A DNA stretch of 64,000 bases. It comes from Polyangiales bacterium. GTDB taxonomy: Bacteria > Myxococcota_A > Polyangia > Polyangiales > Ga0077539. The notes under the pieces were generated by a model. The model worked only from the letters and a program-made list of their open reading frames with translations, did no database searches and was not told the DNA's origin. The stretch is taken from NCBI GenBank assembly GCA_044229975.1, contig JBGARZ010000024.1, positions 1 to 64,000 on the forward strand, written 5' to 3'. Within the stretch, counting starts at the first letter, position 1. Each line of letters starts with the position of its first letter. Of this stretch, positions 49,757 through 59,098 are shown piece by piece. Position numbers and translations under genes: made by a program.

Positions 49757-51592
49757 TCAATCGAGAACGTTGGGCGCCGTGCGCTTCGCCGACTCCGGGA
49801 TCACCTGCTCGTCCTTCAGGCAGAGGCAATCACCCACCACGAGCGCATCGATGTCCGTCGCGGCGAAGCAGCGCCAGGCGTCCTCCGGCGTGCACACCAC
49901 CGGCTCGCCGCGCAGGTTGAACGACGTGTTGATGAGCACCGGGCAACCGGTTCGCTGGTGCCACGCGCGCATCAGCGCATGGAAGCGCGGGTTGGGCTGC
50001 GGGCCCACGGTCTGGATGCGCGCGGTGTCGTCGACGTGCGTGATCGCCGGGACATCCGAGCGCGCCACGTCGAGCCGCGCGAGCCCCTGCAACCCCTCGG
50101 CTTCGGGCGGCGTCGGTAGTCTGTGCGCGGCGCTCACCTCGGCGACGAGCAGCATGTACGGGCTCGGCCGATCGAGGTCGAAGTACTCCGAGACGTGCTC
50201 CTCCAGGCACACCGGCGCGAAGGGTCGAAACGACTCGCGCAGCTTCACCCGGAGGTTGAGCGTCTTCTGCATCGCGCGGTCGCGCGGGTCGGCGAGGATC
50301 GACCGGTTGCCCAGCGCGCGCGGACCAAACTCCATCGGCCCGTCGCACCGCGCGACCACCTTGCCCGTCGCGAGCAGCTCCACCACCGCCGCGTCGAGCG
50401 CGCCCGCGTCGTCGTACGCGGTGTACTTCGCGCCGACCTTGTCGAGGGCCGCGCGCACCGCCGCGCGGTCGAAGCTCGGGCCCAGCAGCGCGCCCTTCAT
50501 CGCGTCGCGCGTGTGCACCGTGCGCGGCTTGCCCATGATGCCGTGATAGCCCTGAAGAGCAGCCCCGAGCGCGCCGCCCGCATCGCCCGCAGCGGGCTGT
50601 ATCCAGAGGTCTTCGAAGGGCCCTTCGCGCAGCAGCTTCCCGTTGGCGACGCAGTTGAGCGCGACGCCTCCCGCGAGGCAGAGCTTCTTCATCCCGGTCT
50701 GCTGGTGCACGTGCCGGGCGACGCGCATCACGACCTCTTCGGTGAAGCGCTGCACGGCGCCCGCGAGGTCCATCTCGCGCTGCGTGAGCGGAGCTTCGGC
50801 CAGGCGCGGCGGCGCGCCGAAGAGCGCGTGAAAGCGCGGCCCCGTCATGGCGTGACCGGCGCAGTAGTCGAAGTACGACTGGTCCATCCAGAGCGAGCCG
50901 TCGTCGCGCAGGTCGACCACGTGCTCCTTCAAGAGCGTGAGGAAGCGCTCGACGCCCGCCGGGTCGGCGTAGGGCGCGAGGCCCATCACCTTGTACTCAC
51001 CCGAGTTCACCCGGAAGCCCGTGTACTGCGTAAACGCGCTGTACAGCAGGCCGAGTGAGTGCGGGAAGCGCTGCTCCTGGCGCAGCTCGACGCGCGACCC
51101 GCGGCCGACGCCCCAGGTGCTCGTCGACCACTCGCCGACGCCGTCGAGCGTGACGATGGCGGCCTCCTCGAAGGGCGACGCGAGGAAGGCGCTCGCCGCG
51201 TGGGCCTCGTGGTGGCGCGTGTAATAGATGGGCGCCTCGCACTTCTCACCGAGCACACGGTCGACGGCGCGGTGCACGAAGAGCTTGTGGTCGAGCCACG
51301 ACGGCGCCGCCCGCATGAACGACAGCAGCCCCTTCGGCGCGAACGCGAGGTAGGTCTCCAGCAGCCGCTCGGCCTTGAGCACCGGCTTGTCGTAGAAGAC
51401 CACCGCGTCGAGGGCGCTCGCGTCGCGTCCCCACGCGCCGAGGCAGTACGCGATGGCGCGCTCGGGGAAATCCCCGTCGTGCTTCTTGCGCGTGAAGCGC
51501 TCTTCTTCCGCGGCGGCGACGATGTCCCCGTCGACGACCAGCACCGCGGCGCTGTCGTGATAGTAGGCCGAGAGGCCGAGCACCGCGGTCAT
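49757..51592 (-). CDS. O-carbamoyltransferase (NodU/CmcH/SxtI family)
   Basis: YYHDSAA, HHEAHAASAF, DGVGE, EYKVMGLAPY, EFGPRALGNRSIL, FRPFAP and NTSFN. Confidence 0.95.
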   Translation of the reverse strand: MTAVLGLSAYYHDSAAVLVVDGDIVAAAEEERFTRKKHDGDFPERAIAYCLGAWGRDASALDAVVFYDKPVLKAERLLETYLAFAPKGLLSFMRAAPSWLDHKLFVHRAVDRVLGEKCEAPIYYTRHHEAHAASAFLASPFEEAAIVTLDGVGEWSTSTWGVGRGSRVELRQEQRFPHSLGLLYSAFTQYTGFRVNSGEYKVMGLAPYADPAGVERFLTLLKEHVVDLRDDGSLWMDQSYFDYCAGHAMTGPRFHALFGAPPRLAEAPLTQREMDLAGAVQRFTEEVVMRVARHVHQQTGMKKLCLAGGVALNCVANGKLLREGPFEDLWIQPAAGDAGGALGAALQGYHGIMGKPRTVHTRDAMKGALLGPSFDRAAVRAALDKVGAKYTAYDDAGALDAAVVELLATGKVVARCDGPMEFGPRALGNRSILADPRDRAMQKTLNLRVKLRESFRPFAPVCLEEHVSEYFDLDRPSPYMLLVAEVSAAHRLPTPPEAEGLQGLARLDVARSDVPAITHVDDTARIQTVGPQPNPRFHALMRAWHQRTGCPVLINTSFNLRGEPVVCTPEDAWRCFAATDIDALVVGDCLCLKDEQVIPESAKRTAPNVLD

Positions 51593-51681
51593 GCGCTCCG
51601 TCTACCGGTACCGCGGCCCGGCTTCAATCCCGACGCTGCACTTGACCAGAACGCGGCGGCTGCGGTCCCATCGCGGCCTCG

Positions 51682-53067
51682 ATGTTCAGCATTGGCGAGG
51701 GGTCCTTCACCAGCGACTGGGTCGCCATCTTCGTCGCCTGCGCGCTGCTCCTGGCGCCGGTGCTCGCCGGCCTGCTGGTCGCGGCGCTCCTGCGCGCTGT
51801 GCTCACCATCCGCCGTCGCGCGCTCTGGACGGTGCCGCTCGTCGTCGTGCCCGTCGCGCTCTCGCTCGCCGCGATTCCGCGCACCGACCAGCTCAGCTTC
51901 TGGGACCTCCTCATCACCGGTCTCGGCTTCGCCGCGGGCGCGGTGCTCGCCATGGGACAGCCCGACGGCGCGGTGCTCCGCGGCGCCCTCCGCACGAGCG
52001 GTCGCATCACCGTGGGGCTGCTCATCGCCGAGGTCATCGCGCGCGTGCTGCTGCCCTCCCTCGGGGACTTTCCCTCGCCGCGCACCGCGCGCCTGGTGGT
52101 GCCCATCACCAACCGCGATCCGCCGTGCAACGTGCTCTATCCGCCGAGCGGCATGATCCACGAGGTCTTGCGCCGCGGCGAGCCGGGGCGCCCCAGGGTG
52201 CTGCACTTCGGCGACTCGCTCGTGGCGGGCATCGGCATCCCCTCGTCGGAGAACTTCGTCTCCGCGCTCGGCAACGCGCAGCCCGGCGTCCAGCACGTGA
52301 ACCTCGGCGCCGTGGGCGCGGGCCTCGACGTGTACCTCCTCGCGATGCGCCTCTGGGGCCCGGCCGCGCAGCCGCGCCTCAACGTCGTCTACATCTTCGC
52401 GGGCAACGACATGTTCGACCTCAACGCGCGCTACCTCTGCTGCGCACACGGCGGTCTGCTCGTCGACCAGGGCGGCCGCCTCACGCCGCGCTGCCCCACC
52501 GCGCAGTGGAACATTCCCCTGAAGGCCCACCTCGCGAGCAGCCCACCGCCCTTCGTGCTGCGCGCGCTCGCGCGGCCCTCGCGCGTCGCGGGTCACCTCC
52601 TCCGCTTCGTCATCCGCGTGCAGCAGGACGCCATGCGCCACGGCTTCAGAAACCTCCCGAGCCCCGGCGACCCGGCCTCGCAGACGCCCCGCTGGAACCT
52701 CCTCGACCAGCGCATCCGCGCCATCGCCGCGACCTCCCGCGAGCAAAACGCCCGGCTGTTGATGGTGGTGATCCCGAGCCGCACGACCATCGAGAAGACC
52801 CTCGGCTGGCCCGCCGTCGCCAACGACTACTGGGGCGACGGCCCGACCGGCGTGGCGGGTCATCGCCGCATCGTCGAGACGGCGCGCGCGGCGGGCGTCG
52901 ACGTGCTCGACGGCTGGGACACGCTGCGCGACGCCATGCAGCAGGACGGCGTCGAGCGCGTCTTCGCCAACGAGTACCCGGGCGACGTCCACCTCGGCCG
53001 CCTCGGCCACCAGCGCTTCGCCGTCTGGCTGCTGCCAGCACTCCAGGCCCGCGGCGTCAACCCCTAA
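51682..53067 (+). CDS. Membrane-anchored SGNH/GDSL hydrolase-like protein
   Basis: FGDSL, VNLG, GND and DVH. Colinear paralog of 43478-44857. Confidence 0.85.
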   Translation: MFSIGEGSFTSDWVAIFVACALLLAPVLAGLLVAALLRAVLTIRRRALWTVPLVVVPVALSLAAIPRTDQLSFWDLLITGLGFAAGAVLAMGQPDGAVLRGALRTSGRITVGLLIAEVIARVLLPSLGDFPSPRTARLVVPITNRDPPCNVLYPPSGMIHEVLRRGEPGRPRVLHFGDSLVAGIGIPSSENFVSALGNAQPGVQHVNLGAVGAGLDVYLLAMRLWGPAAQPRLNVVYIFAGNDMFDLNARYLCCAHGGLLVDQGGRLTPRCPTAQWNIPLKAHLASSPPPFVLRALARPSRVAGHLLRFVIRVQQDAMRHGFRNLPSPGDPASQTPRWNLLDQRIRAIAATSREQNARLLMVVIPSRTTIEKTLGWPAVANDYWGDGPTGVAGHRRIVETARAAGVDVLDGWDTLRDAMQQDGVERVFANEYPGDVHLGRLGHQRFAVWLLPALQARGVNP

Positions 53068-53163
53068 ACGCAGCTTCGCGCGCGTGTTGTCTGTGGGCCC
53101 ACGCCGCGGCGTCAGCGCGGCGCGTGAGCGACCACGTCCCCTGTCCTCATCCCTGCTCTTCCA

Positions 53164-53195
53164 TAGCTCACGGAAAGGAATGTTTCCGTGAGCTA
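53164..53195. other. Candidate lox-like recombination site
   Basis: TAGCTCACGGAAA-GGAATG-TTTCCGTGAGCTA: perfect 13-bp arms with an asymmetric 6-bp core (or 12+8+12), 43 nt upstream of the recombinase ATG. Confidence 0.7.
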
Positions 53196-53238
53196 GACAG
53201 CGCCTCGGCACCTCGGGTACCGAGCACCTCTACCGCCC

Positions 53239-54366
53239 ATGGCCCGCCCACCCCGACCCGCCGCCCCGGTCGCCGTCCCGGTCACCTCCGCGATCGAGCT
53301 CGCGGTGGTCGACCCACCCTCTCCGTTGCCCGCCGCCCTCCAGCGACGGCTGGCCGACGCGAGGCGCTTTCTCCGCGAAGGCTCCCACGCCCCCGGCACC
53401 CGTCGGAAGTACACCGAGGACTTCGAGCAGTTCTCCGGCTGGTGCCAGCGCCACGGGCTCTCTCCCCTCCCCGCCGAACCCGGCCTGCTCGCCCTCTACA
53501 TCCACGCCCTCGCCGAACCCGACCCCGCCAACCCGCCGCGCGTCCGCCGCTCGCTCCATGGTCCGCGCGGCCCCGAGCCCGGTCAGTCGCCGATGCACCC
53601 CAGCTCCATCACCCGCGTCATCGCGGCCATCCGCTACGCCCACACCCAGCAGGGCGTCGCCTCGCCCACCTCCCACCCGCTGGTGCAGGAGGCCCTGCGC
53701 GCCGCTCGTCGCACGCTCGGGGTCGCGCCGCGTCGACGCGTCCAGGCCGCGGTGGTCGAGGTGCTCCGTCGGCTCGTGCTCGGGCTCGACGACTCGCTGC
53801 GCCACCGCCGCGATCGCGCGCTGCTCACGCTCGGCTTCGCGGGCGCATTTCGTCGCGCGGCTTTGGTCTCCCTCGACCTCGCCGACGTCGCGCGCGTGCC
53901 CGATGGCCTCGAAGTCACGCTCCGCCGCGACAAGACCGACCAGGCCGGCGCGGGTCGCACCCTCACCATCGCCCACGGCGCCAACCCCCTCACCTGCCCG
54001 GTGCGTTCGGTGCTCGCCTGGGTCGACGCGCTCGCCGCGCTCGGCCTCACCGAGGGCCCGCTCTTCCGCTTCATCGACCGCCACGGCAACGTCCGCCCGG
54101 CCCATCGCGGAAGCAGGAGCGACCGGCTCAGCCCGCAGTCCGTCGCCCTCGTCGTGCAGCGGCGGGCGCGCGCGGTGGGCCTCGACGCGACGCAGTTCGC
54201 GGGTCACTCGCTGCGGGCGGGCTTCGTCACCAGCGCGACGCGCGCCGGCAAGGCCATCCCGAAGATCATGGAGCAGACCGGCCACCGCAGCGCCAACACC
54301 GTCATGGCCTACGTGCGCGAGGCCGACCGCTGGCGCGACCCGGCCTCCGGCAACCTGGGCCTCTAG
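53239..54366 (+). CDS. Cre-like tyrosine site-specific recombinase
   Basis: RDRALLTLGFAGAFRR, RRDKTDQ, CPV, GPLFR, GHSLRAG and QTGHRS..TVMAY give the R-K-H-R-H-Y set. There is also an N-terminal SAM-like domain. Confidence 0.92.
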   Translation: MARPPRPAAPVAVPVTSAIELAVVDPPSPLPAALQRRLADARRFLREGSHAPGTRRKYTEDFEQFSGWCQRHGLSPLPAEPGLLALYIHALAEPDPANPPRVRRSLHGPRGPEPGQSPMHPSSITRVIAAIRYAHTQQGVASPTSHPLVQEALRAARRTLGVAPRRRVQAAVVEVLRRLVLGLDDSLRHRRDRALLTLGFAGAFRRAALVSLDLADVARVPDGLEVTLRRDKTDQAGAGRTLTIAHGANPLTCPVRSVLAWVDALAALGLTEGPLFRFIDRHGNVRPAHRGSRSDRLSPQSVALVVQRRARAVGLDATQFAGHSLRAGFVTSATRAGKAIPKIMEQTGHRSANTVMAYVREADRWRDPASGNLGL

Positions 54367-54426
54367 ACGCCTGGACCTCTCAACGCTCCAACGTTGAAGC
54401 GATCAGACGTCTGGACGCTCTAGCGT
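54363..54426. repeat. Degenerate 8-bp-period tandem array
   Basis: ctagacgc ctggacct ctcaacgc tccaacgt tgaagcga tcagacgt ctggacgc tctagcgt. Confidence 0.6.
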
Positions 54427-55814
54427 TCGAAGCCGATCACCGGGCCGAGCAGCTCGGGAGTGAGGGGTCCTGTGCTGCCGAGGCCGGTGCAGTCGGGGGC
54501 AGACCGGACCTCCACGGCGAGGTGCGTCGGGTCGGACATCTGGAGGAGGATCACCTGGGGCTCCGGGGTGCTGCGCCCGCCCTGCCATCGGGTGAGTCCG
54601 TCGTAGCAGTAGATCGCCCCCGGCGTGATGCGGTCGAAGGGAACGTTGTGCGTCGACGAGGCCGAGTCAGGCGAATAGCGGTACACCCCGGGGGACAGCG
54701 CCGGCAGGCTCTCGCCCACCGAGAAGACCGGGTCACGGCGGCCGCGGTTGTCGTGGAAGAGACCGAGCCGCGTGCGCTCGCCCACCCAGGGCATGTCGCC
54801 GGTGCGAAACCACGCGCCGCGCCCGCTGCCAGGGACGTCCTGATTGATGACCCCGCAGTCCATCTGCTCGCTCGACAGCCGCGTGCGGAGCATGGTCCCG
54901 ACGGAGTTGGCGCCCTCCGTGACGAAGTAGTCCAGCGGGCACTGGATGTTGATGCGCTCGTAGCGGTACCGCCGCGGGTTGGCGAAGCGCTGCGTCGCCT
55001 GCCGGGTGTCGAAGGCCTCGATGGCGATCATCCCCTGCGAGGTGTGCGTGAACCCCACCGGATCGCCCGCGGTCACCGGGACGCTGAGGGAGTTCCAGAA
55101 GCACGTGCCGCCGTAGCAGGCGTCGGGCAGACCGAGGCGCTCGCGCAGCCCATCGGGCACGTCGTGCACCAGCCCGACGAAGAGCTCGACCTCGCGGCAC
55201 GGCGAGAACGAATAGTAGTAGTCGTACTTGGAGAGCCGCTCGTTCCAGGAGGTCATCAGTGCGGAGATGACCCCGTCGGACGGGGCATGCACGGGAGCCT
55301 GCGCCTGACTCGCGGGGAGCCCGCCCACCCGCAAGAACATGTGCCGGTTGGGGATCACATGCTCGGGCGGATCGAGGCTCCCCATCGGGTCGATCACCCG
55401 GATGAACTCCGGGTCGACGAGCGAGCGCGTGAAGAACCCCCGGCGCGAGCGATCGGTGCCGCAGGTGGGCAGGTCGGCGCGCTCGGCAAAGACTGCGCGG
55501 GTCGTGAGATCACGGTCCATGGTGAGCGTGCAGAAGAGCCCCTGTCCCTCGCACGCCCCCTCCCACCGCACGAAGCGGGCGCCCACGCCGTGGCGCACCG
55601 CCAGCACCACCGTCTCGCCGGCCGTGTAGTCCGCGCGGGCTTCGCTACAGCCCACCGCGCACAGGATGCCCGGGTGCTCGGTGAGCACGGTGCCCTCCCC
55701 ACCGCTGCGCTGCACCGTGAGCACGAGCGGCGCCGTCGACAGCACCGGCGGACGATCGACGTCGCCACAACCCGCGACCAGCAGCGCTGCCCAGCAAGCC
55801 CGCGTGACCCTCAT
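54420..55814 (-). CDS. Lipoprotein with a divergent InlB B-repeat-like domain and an unknown C-terminal domain
   Basis: GGAGG RBS and LVAG-C lipobox, then LTVQRSGGEGTV..GETVVL..FVRWEGAC..CTLTM..TRAVF. Confidence 0.75.
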   Translation of the reverse strand: MRVTRACWAALLVAGCGDVDRPPVLSTAPLVLTVQRSGGEGTVLTEHPGILCAVGCSEARADYTAGETVVLAVRHGVGARFVRWEGACEGQGLFCTLTMDRDLTTRAVFAERADLPTCGTDRSRRGFFTRSLVDPEFIRVIDPMGSLDPPEHVIPNRHMFLRVGGLPASQAQAPVHAPSDGVISALMTSWNERLSKYDYYYSFSPCREVELFVGLVHDVPDGLRERLGLPDACYGGTCFWNSLSVPVTAGDPVGFTHTSQGMIAIEAFDTRQATQRFANPRRYRYERINIQCPLDYFVTEGANSVGTMLRTRLSSEQMDCGVINQDVPGSGRGAWFRTGDMPWVGERTRLGLFHDNRGRRDPVFSVGESLPALSPGVYRYSPDSASSTHNVPFDRITPGAIYCYDGLTRWQGGRSTPEPQVILLQMSDPTHLAVEVRSAPDCTGLGSTGPLTPELLGPVIGFER

Positions 55815-55956
55815 GAGGCGCTTCCTCCACAGAGATGGCCCGCACCCATCACCGTGGCTTCCTGACACGGTCAGGATGCCGCGCTCATGTGTACGAACAC
55901 TGCGCACGCTATCGGACGGTGCGGCCCGCTGTCCACCCCACCGCGGCACATCACGC

Positions 55957-56020
55957 AGAGACGTCCAGACGTCTCGACGCCTCGACGTCCAGGCGCTTGA
56001 TCACCTGGACACCACGGCGC
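55957..56020. repeat. Degenerate 8-bp-period tandem array
   Basis: agagacgt ccagacgt ctcgacgc ctcgacgt ccaggcgc ttgatcac ctggacac cacggcgc. Confidence 0.65.
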
Positions 56021-56041
56021 TAGAAGCGCTTGTTTTTCAGC

Positions 56042-58234
56042 CTATCCAGGCTCGACGAGGCCCGCGAGGAGCTGCCGCGCGACGGCCGGATAGAACTTCG
56101 GATCGGCCACCTGGGCGTTGCCGATGGCGCATCCCCAGTTGCAATTGCACTTGCCCGCGCCGAGGTGTGCGCCAGCAAAGTCGCGCATGGGCTCGCCCCG
56201 CAGCACCCGCGGCAGGTCGTACGCGTGGTCGCGCACGTTGCCCACGGACTGCTGGAGCGGCTCGCAGGGCTGCACGTCGCCGTAGGGTCCGAGCACCACG
56301 ATCTTCTTGCCCGCGCCGCACACCCGCCCGAGGTCGGCCTCTTCGTGGAGGCGCTTGAGCTGGTTGTCCGAGGCGCGCTTCACGGCCGTGAAGAGCCGGT
56401 GCCGCAGCCCCCGGTAGCCGCGCTTGCCCGACAGACGGAAGGCCTTCTCGGCGAGCTCGATGTAGCGCTCGTGCGGCACCGCGAGGGACTTGTCCTTGAA
56501 GTTGCCGTGCAGCGGAACGAGGTGGATGCGGTCGCACTCCCTGGTCGCCGCGAGCTCTTCGAGCCAGCCGTCGAGCGAGTCGATGTTCTCGGTCGAGACG
56601 GTCACCACGAACTTCAACCCGAGGTTGGCGCGCCGCTTCACCAGCGGGAGCACCGCGGCGTGGGTGGTCATCACCTGGGCGTAGCTGGCAGCCTTGGTCT
56701 TGCGGATGCGGTCGTGCACGGCGGGCGGGCCGTCGAGCGAGAGGTGCACGTCGAAGTTGGTGCGCGGGTTGCGGCGGGTGAGCGCGTCCATCGCGGCGAC
56801 CACGCGCTCGGGAAACGCACCGTTGGTGGGGATGGACACGAACACCGGGTCAGCCGTGTCGACGATGGCCTGCACCACCTCGGCGAGGTCGTCGCGCAGG
56901 TAGGGCTCACCGCCCGAGAGCGAGAGGTAGGTCATCTTCGGCAGCGACTTCGCCACCGACCGGATCTCGTCGAGCGACAGCTCGCGCGACTGCGAGGCGT
57001 GCTCGATCTCCTCCCAGTAGAAGCACATCGAGCAGCGGGCGTTGCAGCGCGCCGTCACGAAGAAGATCAGCCAGCTCGGGAAGTCCCCGGCCGTCCACAC
57101 GCGGTACGGAACCGTCGACCGCGCCTGCGCCCCGAAGCCCTGCGCGACCTCGACGCCCGTGAAGGCCGCGTCCCGATCGCGGTAACGCCACGCCTTGTGC
57201 GAGCGCGCCGCCCCGCTCCGCAGCCACGCGATCGGTCCCCACAGGAGGCCGCACCAGAAGCCCAGGAGCGTTCCGCCGGTGGCGAGCGCGGTGGCGGCGC
57301 CGGTGCGAGCGCGGTCCCAGAGGGCGGGCGAGGGTGAGAGCGAGACGGCACCGTAGAGAGCGACGGCGAGGGTGCCGAGCGTGACCACCGCGGCCAGCGC
57401 GGCGAGGCGCAGCGGTGAGACCACGCAGAAGGCCAGCACCGCGAGCGCGACGACCAGCAGGGCGATGGCGAGCTGCACGCCCCGCTGCGGCAGGTACAGC
57501 TCCGCGAACGACCACGTCGACTGACCGCCGTGCCAGCGCTGCCGGAAGTAGTGGGTGACGAGCGGCCACAGCACCGGGCGCTTCAGGTGCGCCGACGCGA
57601 GGGCCGGGTCGTTGACGATGCGGAAGCCCTCGCGCGCGGCGAGGAAGAAGAACTCGGCGTCGTCGATCCAGTAGGGGGCGACCTCGTTGAAGCCGCCGAC
57701 ACGATCGAAGACGGCGCGGCGCATGGCGACGTTGCAGAGCGACACGCCGAAGTAGGGGACGGGCGTTCGCGTCGGGTTGGCCATGGCCGTCTTCAGGCTG
57801 AAGATCGGCGACGTCACGATGTTGTTGGCCGCGCGCTGCGCGAAGTCGTCGGCGTAGGGCTCGTTGCTCGGGCCCGTCACCACGTCGGCCTCGTCGAGCG
57901 CGGCGAGGGCGGCGGCGACCCAGCCCGGCGCGAGCTTCACGTCGTCGTCGATGAAGGCCAGGTGCTCGGTCGCGAGCGCCGCGGCCGCGCCGACGTTGCG
58001 CTTCACGCAAGGGTGCCGCGAGGGCGAGCGCAGCACCCGGACGGTCACCCGCTCGGAGCCGTACTGCGCGGCGTCGTCGGTCACCAGCACCAGCTCGAAG
58101 GAGTCGCGCGGGGCGGTCTGCGCCTCCAGGCTCGCGATGAGGGGATCGATGATGTCCGCGCCGCGGCTCACCGGCGCCACGAGGCTGATGCGCGGCCGCT
58201 TCGAGCGCGAGATCTGCACCAGACCGGAGGTCAT
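56042..58234 (-). CDS. GT2 glycosyltransferase, TM segment and radical SAM/SPASM fusion
   Basis: KRNVG, AFIDDD, VGGFNE and DDAEF, then about 3 TMs. Then CNARCSMC, SGGEP, PTNG, SLDG and CGAG..QPCE..CNCNWGC. Confidence 0.88.
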   Translation of the reverse strand: MTSGLVQISRSKRPRISLVAPVSRGADIIDPLIASLEAQTAPRDSFELVLVTDDAAQYGSERVTVRVLRSPSRHPCVKRNVGAAAALATEHLAFIDDDVKLAPGWVAAALAALDEADVVTGPSNEPYADDFAQRAANNIVTSPIFSLKTAMANPTRTPVPYFGVSLCNVAMRRAVFDRVGGFNEVAPYWIDDAEFFFLAAREGFRIVNDPALASAHLKRPVLWPLVTHYFRQRWHGGQSTWSFAELYLPQRGVQLAIALLVVALAVLAFCVVSPLRLAALAAVVTLGTLAVALYGAVSLSPSPALWDRARTGAATALATGGTLLGFWCGLLWGPIAWLRSGAARSHKAWRYRDRDAAFTGVEVAQGFGAQARSTVPYRVWTAGDFPSWLIFFVTARCNARCSMCFYWEEIEHASQSRELSLDEIRSVAKSLPKMTYLSLSGGEPYLRDDLAEVVQAIVDTADPVFVSIPTNGAFPERVVAAMDALTRRNPRTNFDVHLSLDGPPAVHDRIRKTKAASYAQVMTTHAAVLPLVKRRANLGLKFVVTVSTENIDSLDGWLEELAATRECDRIHLVPLHGNFKDKSLAVPHERYIELAEKAFRLSGKRGYRGLRHRLFTAVKRASDNQLKRLHEEADLGRVCGAGKKIVVLGPYGDVQPCEPLQQSVGNVRDHAYDLPRVLRGEPMRDFAGAHLGAGKCNCNWGCAIGNAQVADPKFYPAVARQLLAGLVEPG

Positions 58235-58246
58235 GCGAGCGCCACT

Positions 58247-59098
58247 CTACCCCGACACGATGCGGAACTCCGTCGTCGCGAGCGGGGCCATGTCCTCGGT
58301 GCGCCCGTCGGGCACGTCCCCTTTGCCCTCGCGCGTCTCGGCGATGCGGGTGTCGAGCGTCGCCAGGAGCTGACCGACGTTGGCCGTGAAGAGCCGCGCG
58401 AAGTCCGCGAGCCGGCGGCTGCGGCTCCAGACCGCGTAGCAGTAGCGGTTGAGGTCGTTGTCGTAGAAGAACGCCAGCGTCATGGGGGCCGTGGCGCCGG
58501 GGCGATCCCAGGTGGGCCACTCGGCGGGGAAGGCCGCGCGGATGCGCTCACCGAGCGCGTCGATGCTGGCGCGCGGGACGCGGTGGTAGTTCTGCGCGTG
58601 CACGGTGAGGTCGTGCGCGAGCGTGGTGAAGTGCCAGGCGAGCGAGTCGAGGTCGCGCGCGTCGGAGGCCCGCGGAATCTCGCGCGACGCGTAGAAGCCG
58701 GCCGACGCCACATGCAGCGGGATGAGGCCCTCCATGTAGCGGCAGAGCCACGGTCCGCCGCTCAAGGCAGGGCGGTCTTCGACGGTGAGCGAGAGGCGGT
58801 AGCCGTCGCCCGGCGCGTCGAGCGCATCGAGCCCGGCGTTGAAGCTCGACGGGGTGGGCGCGCCGTAGATGCGACCGGTGCCCTCCCAGGCGAAGCCGAG
58901 CGCGCGCATGTGGGCGACGACCTCGTCGCTGCCGCGGAAATGCCCTGTTCCGCCGAGCATTTCCTTCGGCTCGAACACCAGCGGAAAGGCCAGCCGGTAG
59001 CGGTCGCCCGGCAGCGCCTCGACGCCGGGCGGGGCACCGAAGGCGCGGGCGAAGCCGTCCATCCATGGCGTCAGCAGCGCCCGTTCGTCATCGCGCAA
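58247..59098 (-). CDS. Hypothetical protein
   Basis: It fills the gap between co-oriented genes and has ordinary amino-acid composition (AHDLTVH, FFYDND). The start is uncertain. Confidence 0.65.
   Translation of the reverse strand: MRDDERALLTPWMDGFARAFGAPPGVEALPGDRYRLAFPLVFEPKEMLGGTGHFRGSDEVVAHMRALGFAWEGTGRIYGAPTPSSFNAGLDALDAPGDGYRLSLTVEDRPALSGGPWLCRYMEGLIPLHVASAGFYASREIPRASDARDLDSLAWHFTTLAHDLTVHAQNYHRVPRASIDALGERIRAAFPAEWPTWDRPGATAPMTLAFFYDNDLNRYCYAVWSRSRRLADFARLFTANVGQLLATLDTRIAETREGKGDVPDGRTEDMAPLATTEFRIVSG

Noticed and set aside
49156..51592. Saxitoxin biosynthesis cluster
   Set aside because: Only sxtI/J/K-like genes are present. There is no sxtA, sxtG or other core gene.
53239..56040. 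Integron or prophage
   Set aside because: The recombinase is Cre-like with no recognisable IntI insertion. I found no attC array, phage genes, adjacent tRNA or flanking direct repeats.
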